Source of the DNA: an uncultured Eubacteriales bacterium
Lineage (GTDB): Bacteria > Bacillota > Clostridia > Christensenellales > Aristaeellaceae
DNA length: 64,000 nt
Assembly (NCBI GenBank): GCA_900553315.1
Contig: USCW01000001.1
Location: 19,949 to 83,948, forward strand
Reading direction: 5' to 3'
The notes under the pieces were generated by a model. That model worked only from the letters and a program-made list of their open reading frames with translations. It made no database searches and had not been told where the DNA came from. This document shows, one piece after another, positions 1 through 10,060 of the stretch (its first letter is position 1; each line of letters opens with the position of its first letter). Position numbers and translations under genes: made by a program.

Positions 1-651
1 CGCTGTGTTTGGAGTCTGTGCATCCTCCGGCACAACAAGTGTAGGCGCTGCATGTTCCGCAGCCGGCTTTTCAGAAGCCTCCTCTTTGACGGCTTTCATC
101 GGCTGTTCAGGCTTGTCGGCGGGCTTTGCACTGCGATTATTCGTCAGGGAAGAAATTGCGCTGCCTAGGGCGTTGCCTACAGACTTCAGCGTACTGCCGA
201 TCGTGTCGATCACCGCATCTGCTTTTTTTGAGATTTCGGACTTCTTGGCGGTTTCTTCGACCTGCTGTGCAGCTTTGTCTACCTTTTGCGCGACCTCATC
301 AATGGTCGGCACATCCGTCTGCTGGGGCGCATCGTCGGCAGCCTTCTGAGCTTGCTCATCTGCAGTCTTGATACCTGCAAAGCGTTCGGTACGAATGGCG
401 TTAAGCTGTGCATCTACCTGACTGAGCTCCTCCAACTGTTTGGCCAGCTCATCAGGGAAGCTTTCGCCCTTTTGCCAGAGCGCATAGGCCCGTGCGCCAA
501 AGTCCGAGAGAATCTCCCTGCGACGATTGACCAAATTCATTTCATTAACCTTATATCGGGTATTGTCTGCAATATTGCTGGCGGTGTTCCCGATGGCTTC
601 CATGCTTTTCAGCCATGCTTTTTTCATTTTATTGTTGAGATCTGATGCCAT
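1..651 (-). CDS. hypothetical protein, N-terminal part only (gene runs off the left edge)
   Basis: Absent from the ORF track because there is no stop in the window. The minus-strand frame is open from ATG at 651 (MASDLNNKMKKAWLKSMEAIGNTASN...) to base 1, 217 codons. AAAGGATGG Shine-Dalgarno lies just upstream. Helical N-terminus followed by an Ala/Glu/Lys/Pro-rich tail. No family recognised. Confidence 0.55.
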   Translation of the reverse strand, partial: MASDLNNKMKKAWLKSMEAIGNTASNIADNTRYKVNEMNLVNRRREILSDFGARAYALWQKGESFPDELAKQLEELSQVDAQLNAIRTERFAGIKTADEQAQKAADDAPQQTDVPTIDEVAQKVDKAAQQVEETAKKSEISKKADAVIDTIGSTLKSVGNALGSAISSLTNNRSAKPADKPEQPMKAVKEEASEKPAAEHAAPTLVVPEDAQTPNTA

Positions 652-808
652 CGAATATCCATCCTTTCTTAATGCTTCAGGGAATCAACGGCCGATACGG
701 CGGCTTGGTCTCTGCGAAGTCTATGAAACATCTTCGCAGAATAGCATTTCTTGCAGACTGCACTTGAATCCTGCCATTCTCAGGAAAGATTCATCAGGAA
801 TTAACATT

Positions 809-1678
809 TTACCAATAGAGCATCAGTTGCCCTGGCAAAACAGCGAAATCTGCCTCGCCCATGGTGAAGATTTCTCCATCCACGTTCAGGCGCATTCCGG
901 GCGCAACTAACTTTATTTTCTTGCAGCGCAGATGCTTGGAGATTGGCAGCGTCAATAGCTTGCCGGACATCAGTGCGGGTAGATAGCGGACAATGCGGCG
1001 GCGAGGAACATTTTGAACGATCAGCAGGTCGAGCAGACCGTCGCCGGGGTCGGCTGCAGGACAAATTGGGATGCCGCCGCCGATAAAACGACCATTAGCA
1101 ATGGTGCATACCAGCGCATCCTGCTCCATAGGTTTGCCATCAATCTCAAGCTGTACATGGACAGGCGCATAATGGAAAATGGCGCGAATCAGTCCGATCA
1201 TATAAGGAAGCAACCCGCGGGCGTACTTCTTGGCAGATTCTGCAAAATCCAGCACCATCACATCGAAGCCTGTGCCGCAGACGTTCAAGAACATGCGGTC
1301 ATTCAGACGGCCAATGTCAATTGGTCTCGCCGTATGCTCCAGAATAAACGTAAGAGCCTCCAGCGGATCCTTGGGCGTTTTCGTTGTTTTGATGAAATCG
1401 TTTCCTGTGCCGGCAGGAATCATGCCCAATGGCTTGCCGGTATTCATCAACCCACACGCCACTTCGTAGGCGGTGCCGTCGCCGCCTACCGAAAGAACGG
1501 CGGTGCAATCCTCTTGTGCGGCTGCTTGCTGAGCAAGCTCGGTAGCGTGCCCGGGGCGTTCCGTGTAGCAGAAACGGTGGGGAACACCGCGCTTTTCAAG
1601 TTCAGTACGCAGCTGCTCGGCAACTTTTTGCGCATAGCCGTTTCCGGCTGTGGGATTCACGATTAAGGTAAGCATCAT
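809..1678 (-). CDS. diacylglycerol/lipid kinase, YegS/BmrU/DagK family
   Basis: 289-aa ORF. N-terminal LIVNPTAGNG and the VGGDGT...IPAGTGNDF motifs are typical of the DAGK catalytic domain. Confidence 0.8.
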   Translation of the reverse strand: MMLTLIVNPTAGNGYAQKVAEQLRTELEKRGVPHRFCYTERPGHATELAQQAAAQEDCTAVLSVGGDGTAYEVACGLMNTGKPLGMIPAGTGNDFIKTTKTPKDPLEALTFILEHTARPIDIGRLNDRMFLNVCGTGFDVMVLDFAESAKKYARGLLPYMIGLIRAIFHYAPVHVQLEIDGKPMEQDALVCTIANGRFIGGGIPICPAADPGDGLLDLLIVQNVPRRRIVRYLPALMSGKLLTLPISKHLRCKKIKLVAPGMRLNVDGEIFTMGEADFAVLPGQLMLYW

Positions 1679-1761
1679 TGGGCATCTTCTCCTGCAAACG
1701 TTTACAACGGTATGGACAAAAGCAGTCCCTCAAAAAGTCCTATTTTTTTGCAACATGTCCT

Positions 1762-1791
1762 AGTATGCGACAGATACCGGGATTTTGTCAA
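1762..1791 (-). promoter_or_regulatory. candidate sigma-A promoter for the lipid kinase gene
   Basis: Minus strand reads TTGACA-18 nt-CATACT, about 85 nt upstream of the start at 1678. Confidence 0.4.
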
Positions 1792-1827
1792 TCTTTTTTT
1801 GTCGCTTTTCCTTTGTAAAAAGCAGGA

Positions 1828-1856
1828 TTGACAGCGGGTACAGAGCCGCTTATAAT
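1828..1856 (+). promoter_or_regulatory. consensus sigma-A promoter
   Basis: Perfect TTGACA (1828-1833), 17-nt spacer, TATAAT (1851-1856), about 40 nt upstream of the DUF1653 start codon. Confidence 0.7.
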
Positions 1857-1896
1857 CCTATGCAGGAAATGCATTGGGCAGGAGTGTGACTCTACC

Positions 1897-2148
1897 ATGA
1901 AGCGAGGCGTGTATCGCCATTTCAAGGGAAATCTGTATCAGCTGCTGGACGTTGCGCGGCATTCGGAAACAGGAGAGAAAATGGTGATCTATCGTGCGCT
2001 GTACGGCGAACGTGGCCTATGGGTTCGCCCGAGTGCCATGTGGGATGAGGTGATTGAGCGCGACGGTCGGCAATATCGGCGTTTTACCTATGTGGCAGAC
2101 GATGAAGCCACGGCGCGGAAACTGCTGGATGCAAATGGGTTTTCTTGA
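1897..2148 (+). CDS. DUF1653 domain protein
   Basis: MKRGVYRHFKGNLYQLL...GEKMVIYRALYGE..LWVRP matches the conserved DUF1653 core. The ORF-track start at 1828 lies inside the promoter, so I moved the start to ATG 1897. Confidence 0.7.
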   Translation: MKRGVYRHFKGNLYQLLDVARHSETGEKMVIYRALYGERGLWVRPSAMWDEVIERDGRQYRRFTYVADDEATARKLLDANGFS

Positions 2149-2166
2149 CAAATTTCTTGCGAGGGC

Positions 2167-2195
2167 TTGTCTTTTTCCTGCCAATGTGTTATGAT
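2167..2195 (+). promoter_or_regulatory. candidate sigma-A promoter with extended -10 for secG
   Basis: TTGTCT-17 nt-TATGAT, preceded by TGt (extended -10), 32 nt upstream of the secG ATG. Confidence 0.5.
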
Positions 2196-2226
2196 GAATA
2201 AGCTGATTTCGAGGAGGTTGTGTGCA

Positions 2227-2472
2227 ATGAACGTTCTTTCTGTTATATTTTCTGTGGTGATCGTGGTGGCTGCGCTGATTATGATTGTGACTGTGCTGCT
2301 TCAGCAGGGCAATGTGAGCGGTATGGGGGCGATTTCTGGTCAGCTGGATAATTATTTTAGCAAGAACAAGGCCAAGACTGTTGAGGCGAAGCTGGCGCTC
2401 ATCACGAAGATCAGCGCGGCGGTGTTCGTGGTGCTGTCTCTGGCGCTGCTGGTAGTGAACAAGCTCGCCTAA
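2227..2472 (+). CDS. secG: preprotein translocase subunit SecG
   Basis: 81 aa with two TM helices separated by the Gly-rich loop QQGNVSGMGAISG. GAGGAGG Shine-Dalgarno upstream of ATG 2227. Confidence 0.8.
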   Translation: MNVLSVIFSVVIVVAALIMIVTVLLQQGNVSGMGAISGQLDNYFSKNKAKTVEAKLALITKISAAVFVVLSLALLVVNKLA

Positions 2473-2497
2473 GCAATAGGCATTCGTTCATGAAGTA

Positions 2498-2540
2498 AAG
2501 CGGAGAGCTTTCTCATTGGAAGCCCTCCGCTTTTGTTTAT
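2498..2540 (+). terminator. intrinsic terminator after secG
   Basis: AAGCGGAGAGCTT...AAGCCCTCCGCTT stem followed by TTGTTTAT. Confidence 0.7.
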
Positions 2541-2739
2541 CCGAATGCGCATAGAAATAGGAATTTGTTTTTTTCTGACGCATTCTTTTACTGGTATAAA
2601 TGGGAAAAATATGGTACAATTTATTTAGATGCCGCTGTAGTAAACAGAGCCATGGAAAGCGTATCCCTTGACTGACTGGATGCTTTTTGAAAAGGGCGCG
2701 GCGTTTTTTGTTTGAATGAACAGAAGGAGAGCAGACGCT

Positions 2740-3069
2740 ATGTTTACGCCACGGGTGCAGAATGCACAAACGGATTTATTGGTTCAGGCGATGCTGTCGC
2801 TGGACAGCGAGGAAGAAGCTTATCGTTTTTTTGAGGACGTCTGTACGATTGCAGAGTTTAAGAGCATTTCTCAGCGGCTTGAGGTTGCGGTATTGCTGCG
2901 CCAGGGCGTGACGTATCAGGAAATCGTAAAACGGACAGGCGCTTCTTCGACGACTATCAGCAGGGTCAACCGTGCGCTGCTCTACGGTGCGGACGGATAT
3001 CATCGCGTGCTGGATAAGCTTGATGAAAAGCATCTGCTGCCGGAGCGGCGTTCCGCCGAGGAAAAATAA
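2740..3069 (+). CDS. TrpR-like YerC/YecD family protein
   Basis: LLSLDSEEEAYRFFEDVCTIAEFKSISQRLEVA..L..G.TYQEI...TGAS.TTISRV is the YerC/YecD signature. AAGGAGAG Shine-Dalgarno upstream of ATG 2740. Sits upstream of pcrA-ligA as in Bacillus. Confidence 0.8.
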   Translation: MFTPRVQNAQTDLLVQAMLSLDSEEEAYRFFEDVCTIAEFKSISQRLEVAVLLRQGVTYQEIVKRTGASSTTISRVNRALLYGADGYHRVLDKLDEKHLLPERRSAEEK

Positions 3070-3129
3070 GAACAGGATAGAGTTATTCCTTTGCTAAAGG
3101 ACAGCTCATGCAGATAAGGAGCGGCGAAA

Positions 3130-5418
3130 ATGGATTTAAGCATGTTGAATCCCGAACAGCGATTGGCTGCGGAAACCTTAGAGGGTCCGGTGCTGATTCT
3201 TGCGGGCGCAGGAAGCGGCAAGACACGCGCTTTGACGTATCGTGTTGCCAATTTGATGGATCATGGCATACCGCCTTGGTCTATTTTGGCGTTGACCTTT
3301 ACGAACAAGGCAGCCAAAGAAATGCGAGAGCGTATCACGCAGTTGGTGGGCGAACGAGCGGAAAGCGCATGGATTTCGACCTTCCACTCCACGTGCGCAC
3401 GCATTCTGCGCAAGGATATTGAAAAGCTGGGGTATACGCGTTCGTTCACAATTTATGACGATGATGACCAAAGCTCAGTCATTAAAGACATCCTGAAGCA
3501 TCAGAATATCGACGAAAAGTTTCTGCCGCCTCGGGAAATCAAGGCGAAGATTTCCGATGCAAAGAACAAGCTGATGGGCCCGGATGAATGGTTTATGCAG
3601 ACAGACCGCGATTTCCGCAGTCAGACGCTGCATGATGTGTTTGTGGCCTATGAAAACCGTCTGAAGGCGGCAAATGCGCTGGATTTCGATGATTTGCTGG
3701 TCAAGACGCTTGAGTTGCTTGCCGACCATCCGCCAGTACTGGAAAGCTATCGGGAACGATTCCATTATGTAATGGTGGATGAATATCAGGATACGAACTA
3801 TGCGCAGTATATGTTAGTAAAATTACTGACGGATAAAAGCCGAAATCTGTGTGTGGTGGGCGATGACGACCAGTCCATTTACGGCTGGCGCGGCGCGGAT
3901 ATTCGTAATATTCTGGACTTTGAAAAGGATTATCCTGACGCAAAGGTCATCAAATTAGAGCAGAATTACCGTTCGACGGCCAACATTCTGGATGCAGCGA
4001 ATCAGGTGATTGCGCATAACGCGGGCCGCAAAGAGAAGGCGCTGTGGACGGAGCAGGAGGCCGGCGAGACGATCAAGCTTTTCTGTGCGGGGGATGAACG
4101 TGAGGAAGCGGCATGGGTTGCCGACCGCATGAAGAAATTGAACCGGCATGGGGAAAGCTATGGCAACATGGCGGTGCTGTATCGCACGAATGCGCAGAGC
4201 CGTGTGCTGGAAGAAATGCTCATGCGTGCCGGCATTCCCTATAAGGTTTTCGGTGGCCAGCGCTTCTATGACCGTCGTGAGGTTCGGGATGTTATTGCTT
4301 ATTTACGTGTGATTGCGAATCCTACCGACGACGTGTCGCTTCGGCGCATCATCAATGTGCCGAAGCGTGCCATCGGCGATGCAACCATTGCGGAGCTGGT
4401 CGCGCACGCGCAGGCGCAGGATATGCCGCTGTTCAGCGCATTGACCGATCTTCCTGCAAGCCTTTCTTCCCGTCCGCGCAAATGCGTGACAGACTTCTTC
4501 ACCATGATGACAACCTTTATGGCTATGAAGGAAACAATGCCGCTCAATGAGTTCGTGAGTCAACTGGTGGAGCAGACCGGACTACTGGCACAGTATCAGA
4601 AGGAGGATTCCGACGAGGCACGCAGCCGTACAGAGAATATTCAAGAATTCTTGGGCGCGGTGGACGAGTTCACAAAGCAGACGGAAAACGCTACGCTGGA
4701 GGAATATCTGGAAAATGTCGCGCTTGTGACGGAGCTGGATCAGGCGGAGGACGAAAAGCAATATGTCACGCTGATGACGCTGCACAGCGCGAAGGGCTTG
4801 GAATTCCCCGATGTGTTCATCACGGGTATGGAGGAGGGTATTTTCCCTTCCGGCCGTAGCCTCATGGATGAGAACCGCATGGAGGAGGAGCGTCGGCTGT
4901 GCTACGTTGGTATTACACGTGCGCAGAAACGTCTTTTCCTGTCCCGTGCCAGCCAGCGCATGCTGTATAATCAGGTCAACCACAACGCACCCAGCCGATT
5001 CCTTTCGGAAATTCCAGAGCGTCTTTTGGAGGATGAGTGGGAGGCCAAGCGCAAGCAGACCTTCAAGGATACGTCCACACCTCAGCCGCGAAGCTATACG
5101 AGCGGCTACGGCTTGAAATCCACCCCCAGCATAAGTCAGTTGGGGCAGCCTAAGCTGACGCTGGGCGGCAATATGCTGGAAATCCCCGGCGTGCAAAAGG
5201 GCTTTGCGCCCTCCAAAGCGCGTCAGAGCTCCGCTTCGGCGCTCCAAAACCTTTTCAAGCCCGGTGATCGCGTGATGCACCGCAAGTTTGGCGAGGGAAG
5301 CGTCGTGGAGCTGAAGGGAACTGGCGCGGATGCACGGATTGCCATTGAGTTTACTGCCTATGGCGTGAAGGAGTTTTCCCTATCCATTGCGCCTATTGTA
5401 AAGGTTGAGGAGGAATGA
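3130..5418 (+). CDS. pcrA: ATP-dependent DNA helicase PcrA (UvrD family)
   Basis: 762 aa. Walker A AGAGSGKT, DEYQDTN, and the other SF1 motifs (TLHSAKGLEF, VGITRA). Followed by ligA. Confidence 0.93.
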   Translation: MDLSMLNPEQRLAAETLEGPVLILAGAGSGKTRALTYRVANLMDHGIPPWSILALTFTNKAAKEMRERITQLVGERAESAWISTFHSTCARILRKDIEKLGYTRSFTIYDDDDQSSVIKDILKHQNIDEKFLPPREIKAKISDAKNKLMGPDEWFMQTDRDFRSQTLHDVFVAYENRLKAANALDFDDLLVKTLELLADHPPVLESYRERFHYVMVDEYQDTNYAQYMLVKLLTDKSRNLCVVGDDDQSIYGWRGADIRNILDFEKDYPDAKVIKLEQNYRSTANILDAANQVIAHNAGRKEKALWTEQEAGETIKLFCAGDEREEAAWVADRMKKLNRHGESYGNMAVLYRTNAQSRVLEEMLMRAGIPYKVFGGQRFYDRREVRDVIAYLRVIANPTDDVSLRRIINVPKRAIGDATIAELVAHAQAQDMPLFSALTDLPASLSSRPRKCVTDFFTMMTTFMAMKETMPLNEFVSQLVEQTGLLAQYQKEDSDEARSRTENIQEFLGAVDEFTKQTENATLEEYLENVALVTELDQAEDEKQYVTLMTLHSAKGLEFPDVFITGMEEGIFPSGRSLMDENRMEEERRLCYVGITRAQKRLFLSRASQRMLYNQVNHNAPSRFLSEIPERLLEDEWEAKRKQTFKDTSTPQPRSYTSGYGLKSTPSISQLGQPKLTLGGNMLEIPGVQKGFAPSKARQSSASALQNLFKPGDRVMHRKFGEGSVVELKGTGADARIAIEFTAYGVKEFSLSIAPIVKVEEE

Positions 5419-5420
5419 CC

Positions 5421-7379
5421 ATGGAACCCGCTGCGCGGATGCGAGAGCTGGTTGATCGGCTGAATGAGACGGCTCAGGCGTATTATACGCAGGGAAATTC
5501 TCCGATTTCCGACATGCAATGGGATGCAATGTATGACGAGCTGGTAGCACTGGAAAAGTCTACGGGCATTACATTGGAAGATTCTCCAACGCATCGTGTC
5601 GGCGGCGCACCCCTCAAGGGGTTCGAGGAGCATCGCCACATTACGCGCCTATGGAGCATGGACAAGGTGCAGTCGATCGGCGCATTGGAGGACTGGGTTC
5701 GCCGCACCGAGAAGCTGGCAGGCCGTACTGATCTGCAATACTATGTTGAGTACAAGTTTGACGGCCTGACGCTGAACCTGACCTATCGGGATGGAAAGCT
5801 GGTACAGGCAGCGACGCGGGGGAATGGCGAGGTAGGTGAAGCGATTCTGCCGCAGGCACGGACGGTACGCACGGTGCCGCTGAGCATTCCTTATAAGGGA
5901 TTGCTGGAGGTGCAGGGCGAATGTATCATGCGCCTAAGCGTGCTGGCGGAATATAACAAAACTGCCAAGGAGCCGCTGAAGAACGCGCGCAACGCCGCCG
6001 CCGGTGCATTGCGCAATCAAGATCCTGCTGTAACGGCTTCGCGTAAGCTGGATGCTTTCTTTTATCAGATTGGCACTATTGAAAACCCGCCCTATGACAG
6101 CCAACCCGCGATGCTACAATTCCTACGGGATAACGGCTTTCCGGTAAGTCCTTATCTGGGTGAGCCGAAAAATGGCGAAGAGTTGATTGCCTGTATCCGT
6201 CATATTGAGGAAGTCCGCGATACGCTGGATTTCCTGATTGACGGCGTTGTCATTAAAGTTGGCGATTTTGCGCTTCGTGAGCAGATGGGCTTCACGGACA
6301 AGTTTCCTCGTTGGGCGGTAGCGTATAAATTTAAGGCCGAAGAAAGTGTTACGACCTTGAAAAAGGTCACATGGGAGCTCGGCCGAACGGGCAAGCTTAC
6401 GCCGCTGGCACACTTGGAACCCGTAGATTTCTATGGTGTGACCGTGCGAAAAGCTACGCTGAATAACTGGGGAGACATTCAGCGCAAGCAGGTGGCCATT
6501 GGCGCACCTGTTTGGATTCGCAGAAGCAACGATGTGATCCCGGAAATTATGGGACGAGTGGGGGAGCCGGGGCCTGATGAACGCCCTATTGAGAAGCCGA
6601 CGCATTGTCCCGCGTGTGGTCATGAGTTGGAAGAGCGCGGAGCTCATCTGTTTTGCATGAACCGTGTCAGTTGCCGTCCACAGGCAGTTGCTCGGCTCAG
6701 CCATTTTGCTAGTCGCAATGCGATGGATATTGAAGGCTTTTCTGAAAAGACTGCCGGTCAGGTCTATGACCAGATGAACGTCCGTGATCCTGCTGACCTT
6801 TATAGCTTGACCATGGATCAGGCACTTGCATTGGAAGGCTTTAAGGAAAAGAAGGCCGGGAATCTGTTGGCGGCGCTCGAAAAGAGCAAGGACTGTTCGC
6901 TGGATGCTTTTCTGTTTGCGTTGGGCATTCCAAATGTAGGTCGCAAAACTGCGCGTGATCTTGCAGCGGCTTTTGGCACCTTGGAAATGCTGGAAAAGGC
7001 AACGGAGGAAGAGCTTGTCGCCATTCCGGACGTAGGCGACATTGTTGCCCAGAGCATTACGGAATTCTTCTCTTTCCCAGAGAATATGGAAATGATTGAT
7101 CGGCTGTTGAAAGCAGGCGTGCATCCGCGGGAGGCACAGCAGCAAACGGGCGGTGTGCTGGACGGACTAACGATTGTGGTTACGGGGACATTGCCAACAC
7201 TTTCGAGAAATGAAGCCGAAGAACTGATTCGCCGGCATGGCGGAAAAGCCGCATCCTCGGTCAGCAAAAAGACGGCGTTTGTAGTGGCTGGGGAAGCCGC
7301 CGGAAGCAAGCTGATAAAGGCACAGCAGTTAGGAATCCCTGTGCTGGATGAGGCTGCTTTTATGGAGAAAATCCAGTAG
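5421..7379 (+). CDS. ligA: NAD-dependent DNA ligase LigA
   Basis: Adenylation motif EYKFDG, Zn-finger CPACGHEL..C, HhH repeats and a C-terminal BRCT (LTIVVTGTL). ATG 5421 has better Shine-Dalgarno spacing than ATG 5415, which overlaps the pcrA stop. Confidence 0.93.
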   Translation: MEPAARMRELVDRLNETAQAYYTQGNSPISDMQWDAMYDELVALEKSTGITLEDSPTHRVGGAPLKGFEEHRHITRLWSMDKVQSIGALEDWVRRTEKLAGRTDLQYYVEYKFDGLTLNLTYRDGKLVQAATRGNGEVGEAILPQARTVRTVPLSIPYKGLLEVQGECIMRLSVLAEYNKTAKEPLKNARNAAAGALRNQDPAVTASRKLDAFFYQIGTIENPPYDSQPAMLQFLRDNGFPVSPYLGEPKNGEELIACIRHIEEVRDTLDFLIDGVVIKVGDFALREQMGFTDKFPRWAVAYKFKAEESVTTLKKVTWELGRTGKLTPLAHLEPVDFYGVTVRKATLNNWGDIQRKQVAIGAPVWIRRSNDVIPEIMGRVGEPGPDERPIEKPTHCPACGHELEERGAHLFCMNRVSCRPQAVARLSHFASRNAMDIEGFSEKTAGQVYDQMNVRDPADLYSLTMDQALALEGFKEKKAGNLLAALEKSKDCSLDAFLFALGIPNVGRKTARDLAAAFGTLEMLEKATEEELVAIPDVGDIVAQSITEFFSFPENMEMIDRLLKAGVHPREAQQQTGGVLDGLTIVVTGTLPTLSRNEAEELIRRHGGKAASSVSKKTAFVVAGEAAGSKLIKAQQLGIPVLDEAAFMEKIQ

Positions 7380-7506
7380 TCAGCTGAATAAGCGGCAAGC
7401 GCAGTATTCGTCCCTTGACTTTTGGATGCTTCTGCGGTACGCTTCAAACGGTTGTTGAAAGTGAATAGGAAAGTTTACCGTAAACAATAGATGGAGGCAA
7501 ATGGTT

Positions 7507-8667
7507 ATGAAGCGAGTTTTCCTGACGGTGCTGGATGCCGTTGGCGCAGGCTATCTGCCTGATGCAGAAAAATATGGAGACGTTGGTGCAAATACTTTTG
7601 GTCATACGGTAGATGTTTGCCATCCCAAACTGCCAAATTTGGCAAAGATTGGTCTGGGACAGATTGAGGCAACGCATTATCCTGCTGATCCCGACGCAGA
7701 GGGTGCGTTTGGTCGTTGTGTGGAGGTTAGTGCGGGCAAGGATACCACAACAGGCCATTGGGAAATTGCGGGTCTACAACTGGAAAAGCCTTTTCCGACG
7801 TATCCCAATGGTTTTCCGAAGGACGTCATGGACGCTTTTGAAAAGGCGATTGGCCGCAAGACACTGGGAAATAAGCCTGCTTCGGGAACGGCAATTTTGG
7901 ATGAGCTGGGCGAGGAGCATATGCGCACCGGTTATCCCATTGTGTATACCTCTGCGGACAGTGTGTTTCAGATTGCCTGTCATGAAGAGATCATTCCGGT
8001 GCCCGAACTATACAAAATGTGCGAGATTGCACGCAAGATTCTTGTAGGTGATCATACGGTTGGACGCGTCATCGCTCGTCCGTTTGTCGGTGAACCCGGT
8101 CATTTTACGCGCACGAAAGCACGCCGGGACTATTCGGTGGAGCCCTTCGGCCCCACGTTGCTGGATGCCGTGAAGGCTGCGGGTATGGAGAGCCTTGGTG
8201 TGGGCAAGATTGAGGACATCTTCTATCATCGTGGGTTGACCGGAAGCAATCATGCGGCTGGGAATCCGGCCTGCATTGAGGCTTGGCTGGACTATATGCG
8301 CAAGGATTTTACCGGATTGGTTTTCACCAATCTGGTAGATACAGATATGCTGTATGGTCATCGCCGTGATCCCAAGGGCTTCGCCGAGGCGCTGGAATAC
8401 ATTGACCAGAAGCTTCCGGAGGTGCAGAGTCTGATGCATGAGGGGGATCTGCTTATCATTACGGCAGATCATGGCTGTGACCCGACCTTTCATGGTACGG
8501 ATCATACGCGTGAGTACATTCCGCTGCTGGTATGGTATCCCGGCATGAACAAGCTGGTTGACCTTGGCACGCGTGCGACCTATGCGGATATTGCTGCCAC
8601 GGCAGCAGAATTCCTCGGCTTAGAGCAGCGCTTCGGAGCAACGTCCTTCCTCAAGGAAATTCTTTAA
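7507..8667 (+). CDS. deoB: phosphopentomutase
   Basis: MKRVFLTVLDAVGAG..., TSADSVFQIA and ITADHGCDPT motifs. GGAGG 9 nt upstream of ATG 7507 (7501 is an alternative). Confidence 0.9.
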   Translation: MKRVFLTVLDAVGAGYLPDAEKYGDVGANTFGHTVDVCHPKLPNLAKIGLGQIEATHYPADPDAEGAFGRCVEVSAGKDTTTGHWEIAGLQLEKPFPTYPNGFPKDVMDAFEKAIGRKTLGNKPASGTAILDELGEEHMRTGYPIVYTSADSVFQIACHEEIIPVPELYKMCEIARKILVGDHTVGRVIARPFVGEPGHFTRTKARRDYSVEPFGPTLLDAVKAAGMESLGVGKIEDIFYHRGLTGSNHAAGNPACIEAWLDYMRKDFTGLVFTNLVDTDMLYGHRRDPKGFAEALEYIDQKLPEVQSLMHEGDLLIITADHGCDPTFHGTDHTREYIPLLVWYPGMNKLVDLGTRATYADIAATAAEFLGLEQRFGATSFLKEIL

Positions 8668-8672
8668 AGAAA

Positions 8673-9506
8673 GTGAGCAGAGACGAAATGAGCGAATATA
8701 TGCAGAAGCTTGAAGCGGCCGCAGAGACCATCCGTCAGGCGGTTGGCGAAGCTGAAATCGGTGTGATTCTTGGCAGCGGCCTAGGCGATTATGTGGAAGC
8801 GCTGGAAGATGCAAAGAGCATTGATTATAAGGATATTCCAGGCTTTCCGCGTTCGACGGTGCCAGGGCATAAAGGCCGCTGGGTAACGGGAATGCTGCAT
8901 GGAAAACGTGTCTGTATGATGCAGGGACGCTTCCACGCCTATGAAGGGTATGATCTGAAGGATGTGACCATGCCCGTCCGTGTGATGGCATTGCTGGGCG
9001 TTAAGACGCTGATTGTTACGAACGCGGCTGGCGGTGTGAATCTGGGCTTTCATCCGGGCGATCTGATGATTATCACCGATTGCATCAATTTCTCTGGTAT
9101 GAATCCGTTGCGCGGGGAAAATTTGGATGCCTTTGGTCCTCGCTTTCCCGATATGAGTCAGGCCTATAACCGTGAATTGGTTGCGCTGGCAGAAAAATGT
9201 GCGCAGGAAATGAATGTGCAGGTGCAGAAGGGCGTATATTGCTGGTTCAATGGCCCCTGCTTTGAAACGCCTGCGGAAATTCGCATGGCGCGTGTATTGG
9301 GAGCAGATGCGGTTGGCATGTCCACGGTGCCCGAGACGATTATTGCCCGTCATTGCGGTTTGAATGTGTTGGGCGTAAGCTGCATTACGAATATGGCTGC
9401 GGGCATTCTGGATCAGCCTCTGAACCATCAGGAGGTTATGGAGACTGCGGATAAGGTCAAGAATACCTTCCGTGGTTTGTTGGATCGTGTCATTACGGCA
9501 ATGTAA
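8673..9506 (+). CDS. punA: purine nucleoside phosphorylase (PunA/PNP family)
   Basis: GSGLG..., GRFHAYEGY, VTNAAGG and MSTVPE motifs. The start could be GTG 8673 or ATG 8688. Confidence 0.88.
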   Translation: MSRDEMSEYMQKLEAAAETIRQAVGEAEIGVILGSGLGDYVEALEDAKSIDYKDIPGFPRSTVPGHKGRWVTGMLHGKRVCMMQGRFHAYEGYDLKDVTMPVRVMALLGVKTLIVTNAAGGVNLGFHPGDLMIITDCINFSGMNPLRGENLDAFGPRFPDMSQAYNRELVALAEKCAQEMNVQVQKGVYCWFNGPCFETPAEIRMARVLGADAVGMSTVPETIIARHCGLNVLGVSCITNMAAGILDQPLNHQEVMETADKVKNTFRGLLDRVITAM

Positions 9507-9526
9507 ACCGCAGAATAGCCACATGA

Positions 9527-9572
9527 AAAGGGTCAACGCTTTATTAATGAAGCGTTGACCCTTGTTTATATA
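9527..9572. terminator. bidirectional intrinsic terminator between punA and rimI
   Basis: AAAGGGTCAACGCTT / AAGCGTTGACCCTT perfect stem, flanked by T-rich sequence on both strands. Confidence 0.7.
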
Positions 9573-10060
9573 TGAACTGTTTCGTTTTCTTCAAAATCAG
9601 GATCAACAGGCGGCATGGCCTGACAGACCATCAGTAGTGCGTCCTCCTGATTATCCTCGTAATACTTTTTTCGCCAGCCTACCGGTTGAAAACCAAGGTC
9701 GGTATACAAGTGCTGAGCCCGTTCATTACTGCGGCGAACCTCAAGCGTGACATATGTGGCACCAAGGTTGGAAAGATATTGCAATAGACCGCGTGTAAGT
9801 TGCTTGCCGTAGCCATGACCGCGCTCACAATTCTCAATGGCAATATTTGTAATATGACTTTCATCCAGAATGATCCACGCGCCTGCATAGCCGATCACTT
9901 TGCCATCCAGTTCCGCTACCAGATACCGTGCCGCAACATTCCTTGTCAATTCCTGCTCAAATGATTTCCGGCTCCACGGCATTGCAAAGGTAGCTGCCTC
10001 GATCGTGGTAACAGCGTCCAGATCCTCAACCGTCATGCGGCGTACCTTACACTCAGACAT
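9566..10060 (-). CDS. rimI: ribosomal-protein-alanine N-acetyltransferase
   Basis: GNAT fold (RGHGYG motif). Last gene of a tsaE-tsaB-rimI cluster. An alternative start lies at 10036. Confidence 0.8.
   Translation of the reverse strand: MSECKVRRMTVEDLDAVTTIEAATFAMPWSRKSFEQELTRNVAARYLVAELDGKVIGYAGAWIILDESHITNIAIENCERGHGYGKQLTRGLLQYLSNLGATYVTLEVRRSNERAQHLYTDLGFQPVGWRKKYYEDNQEDALLMVCQAMPPVDPDFEENETVHI

Noticed and set aside
2600-2739. About 120-nt leader upstream of the yerC-like gene with a weak hairpin (GTATCC...GGATGC TTTTTG), considered as a possible attenuator or riboswitch.
   Set aside because: The stem has only 5-6 bp, and I recognise no known riboswitch core sequence.
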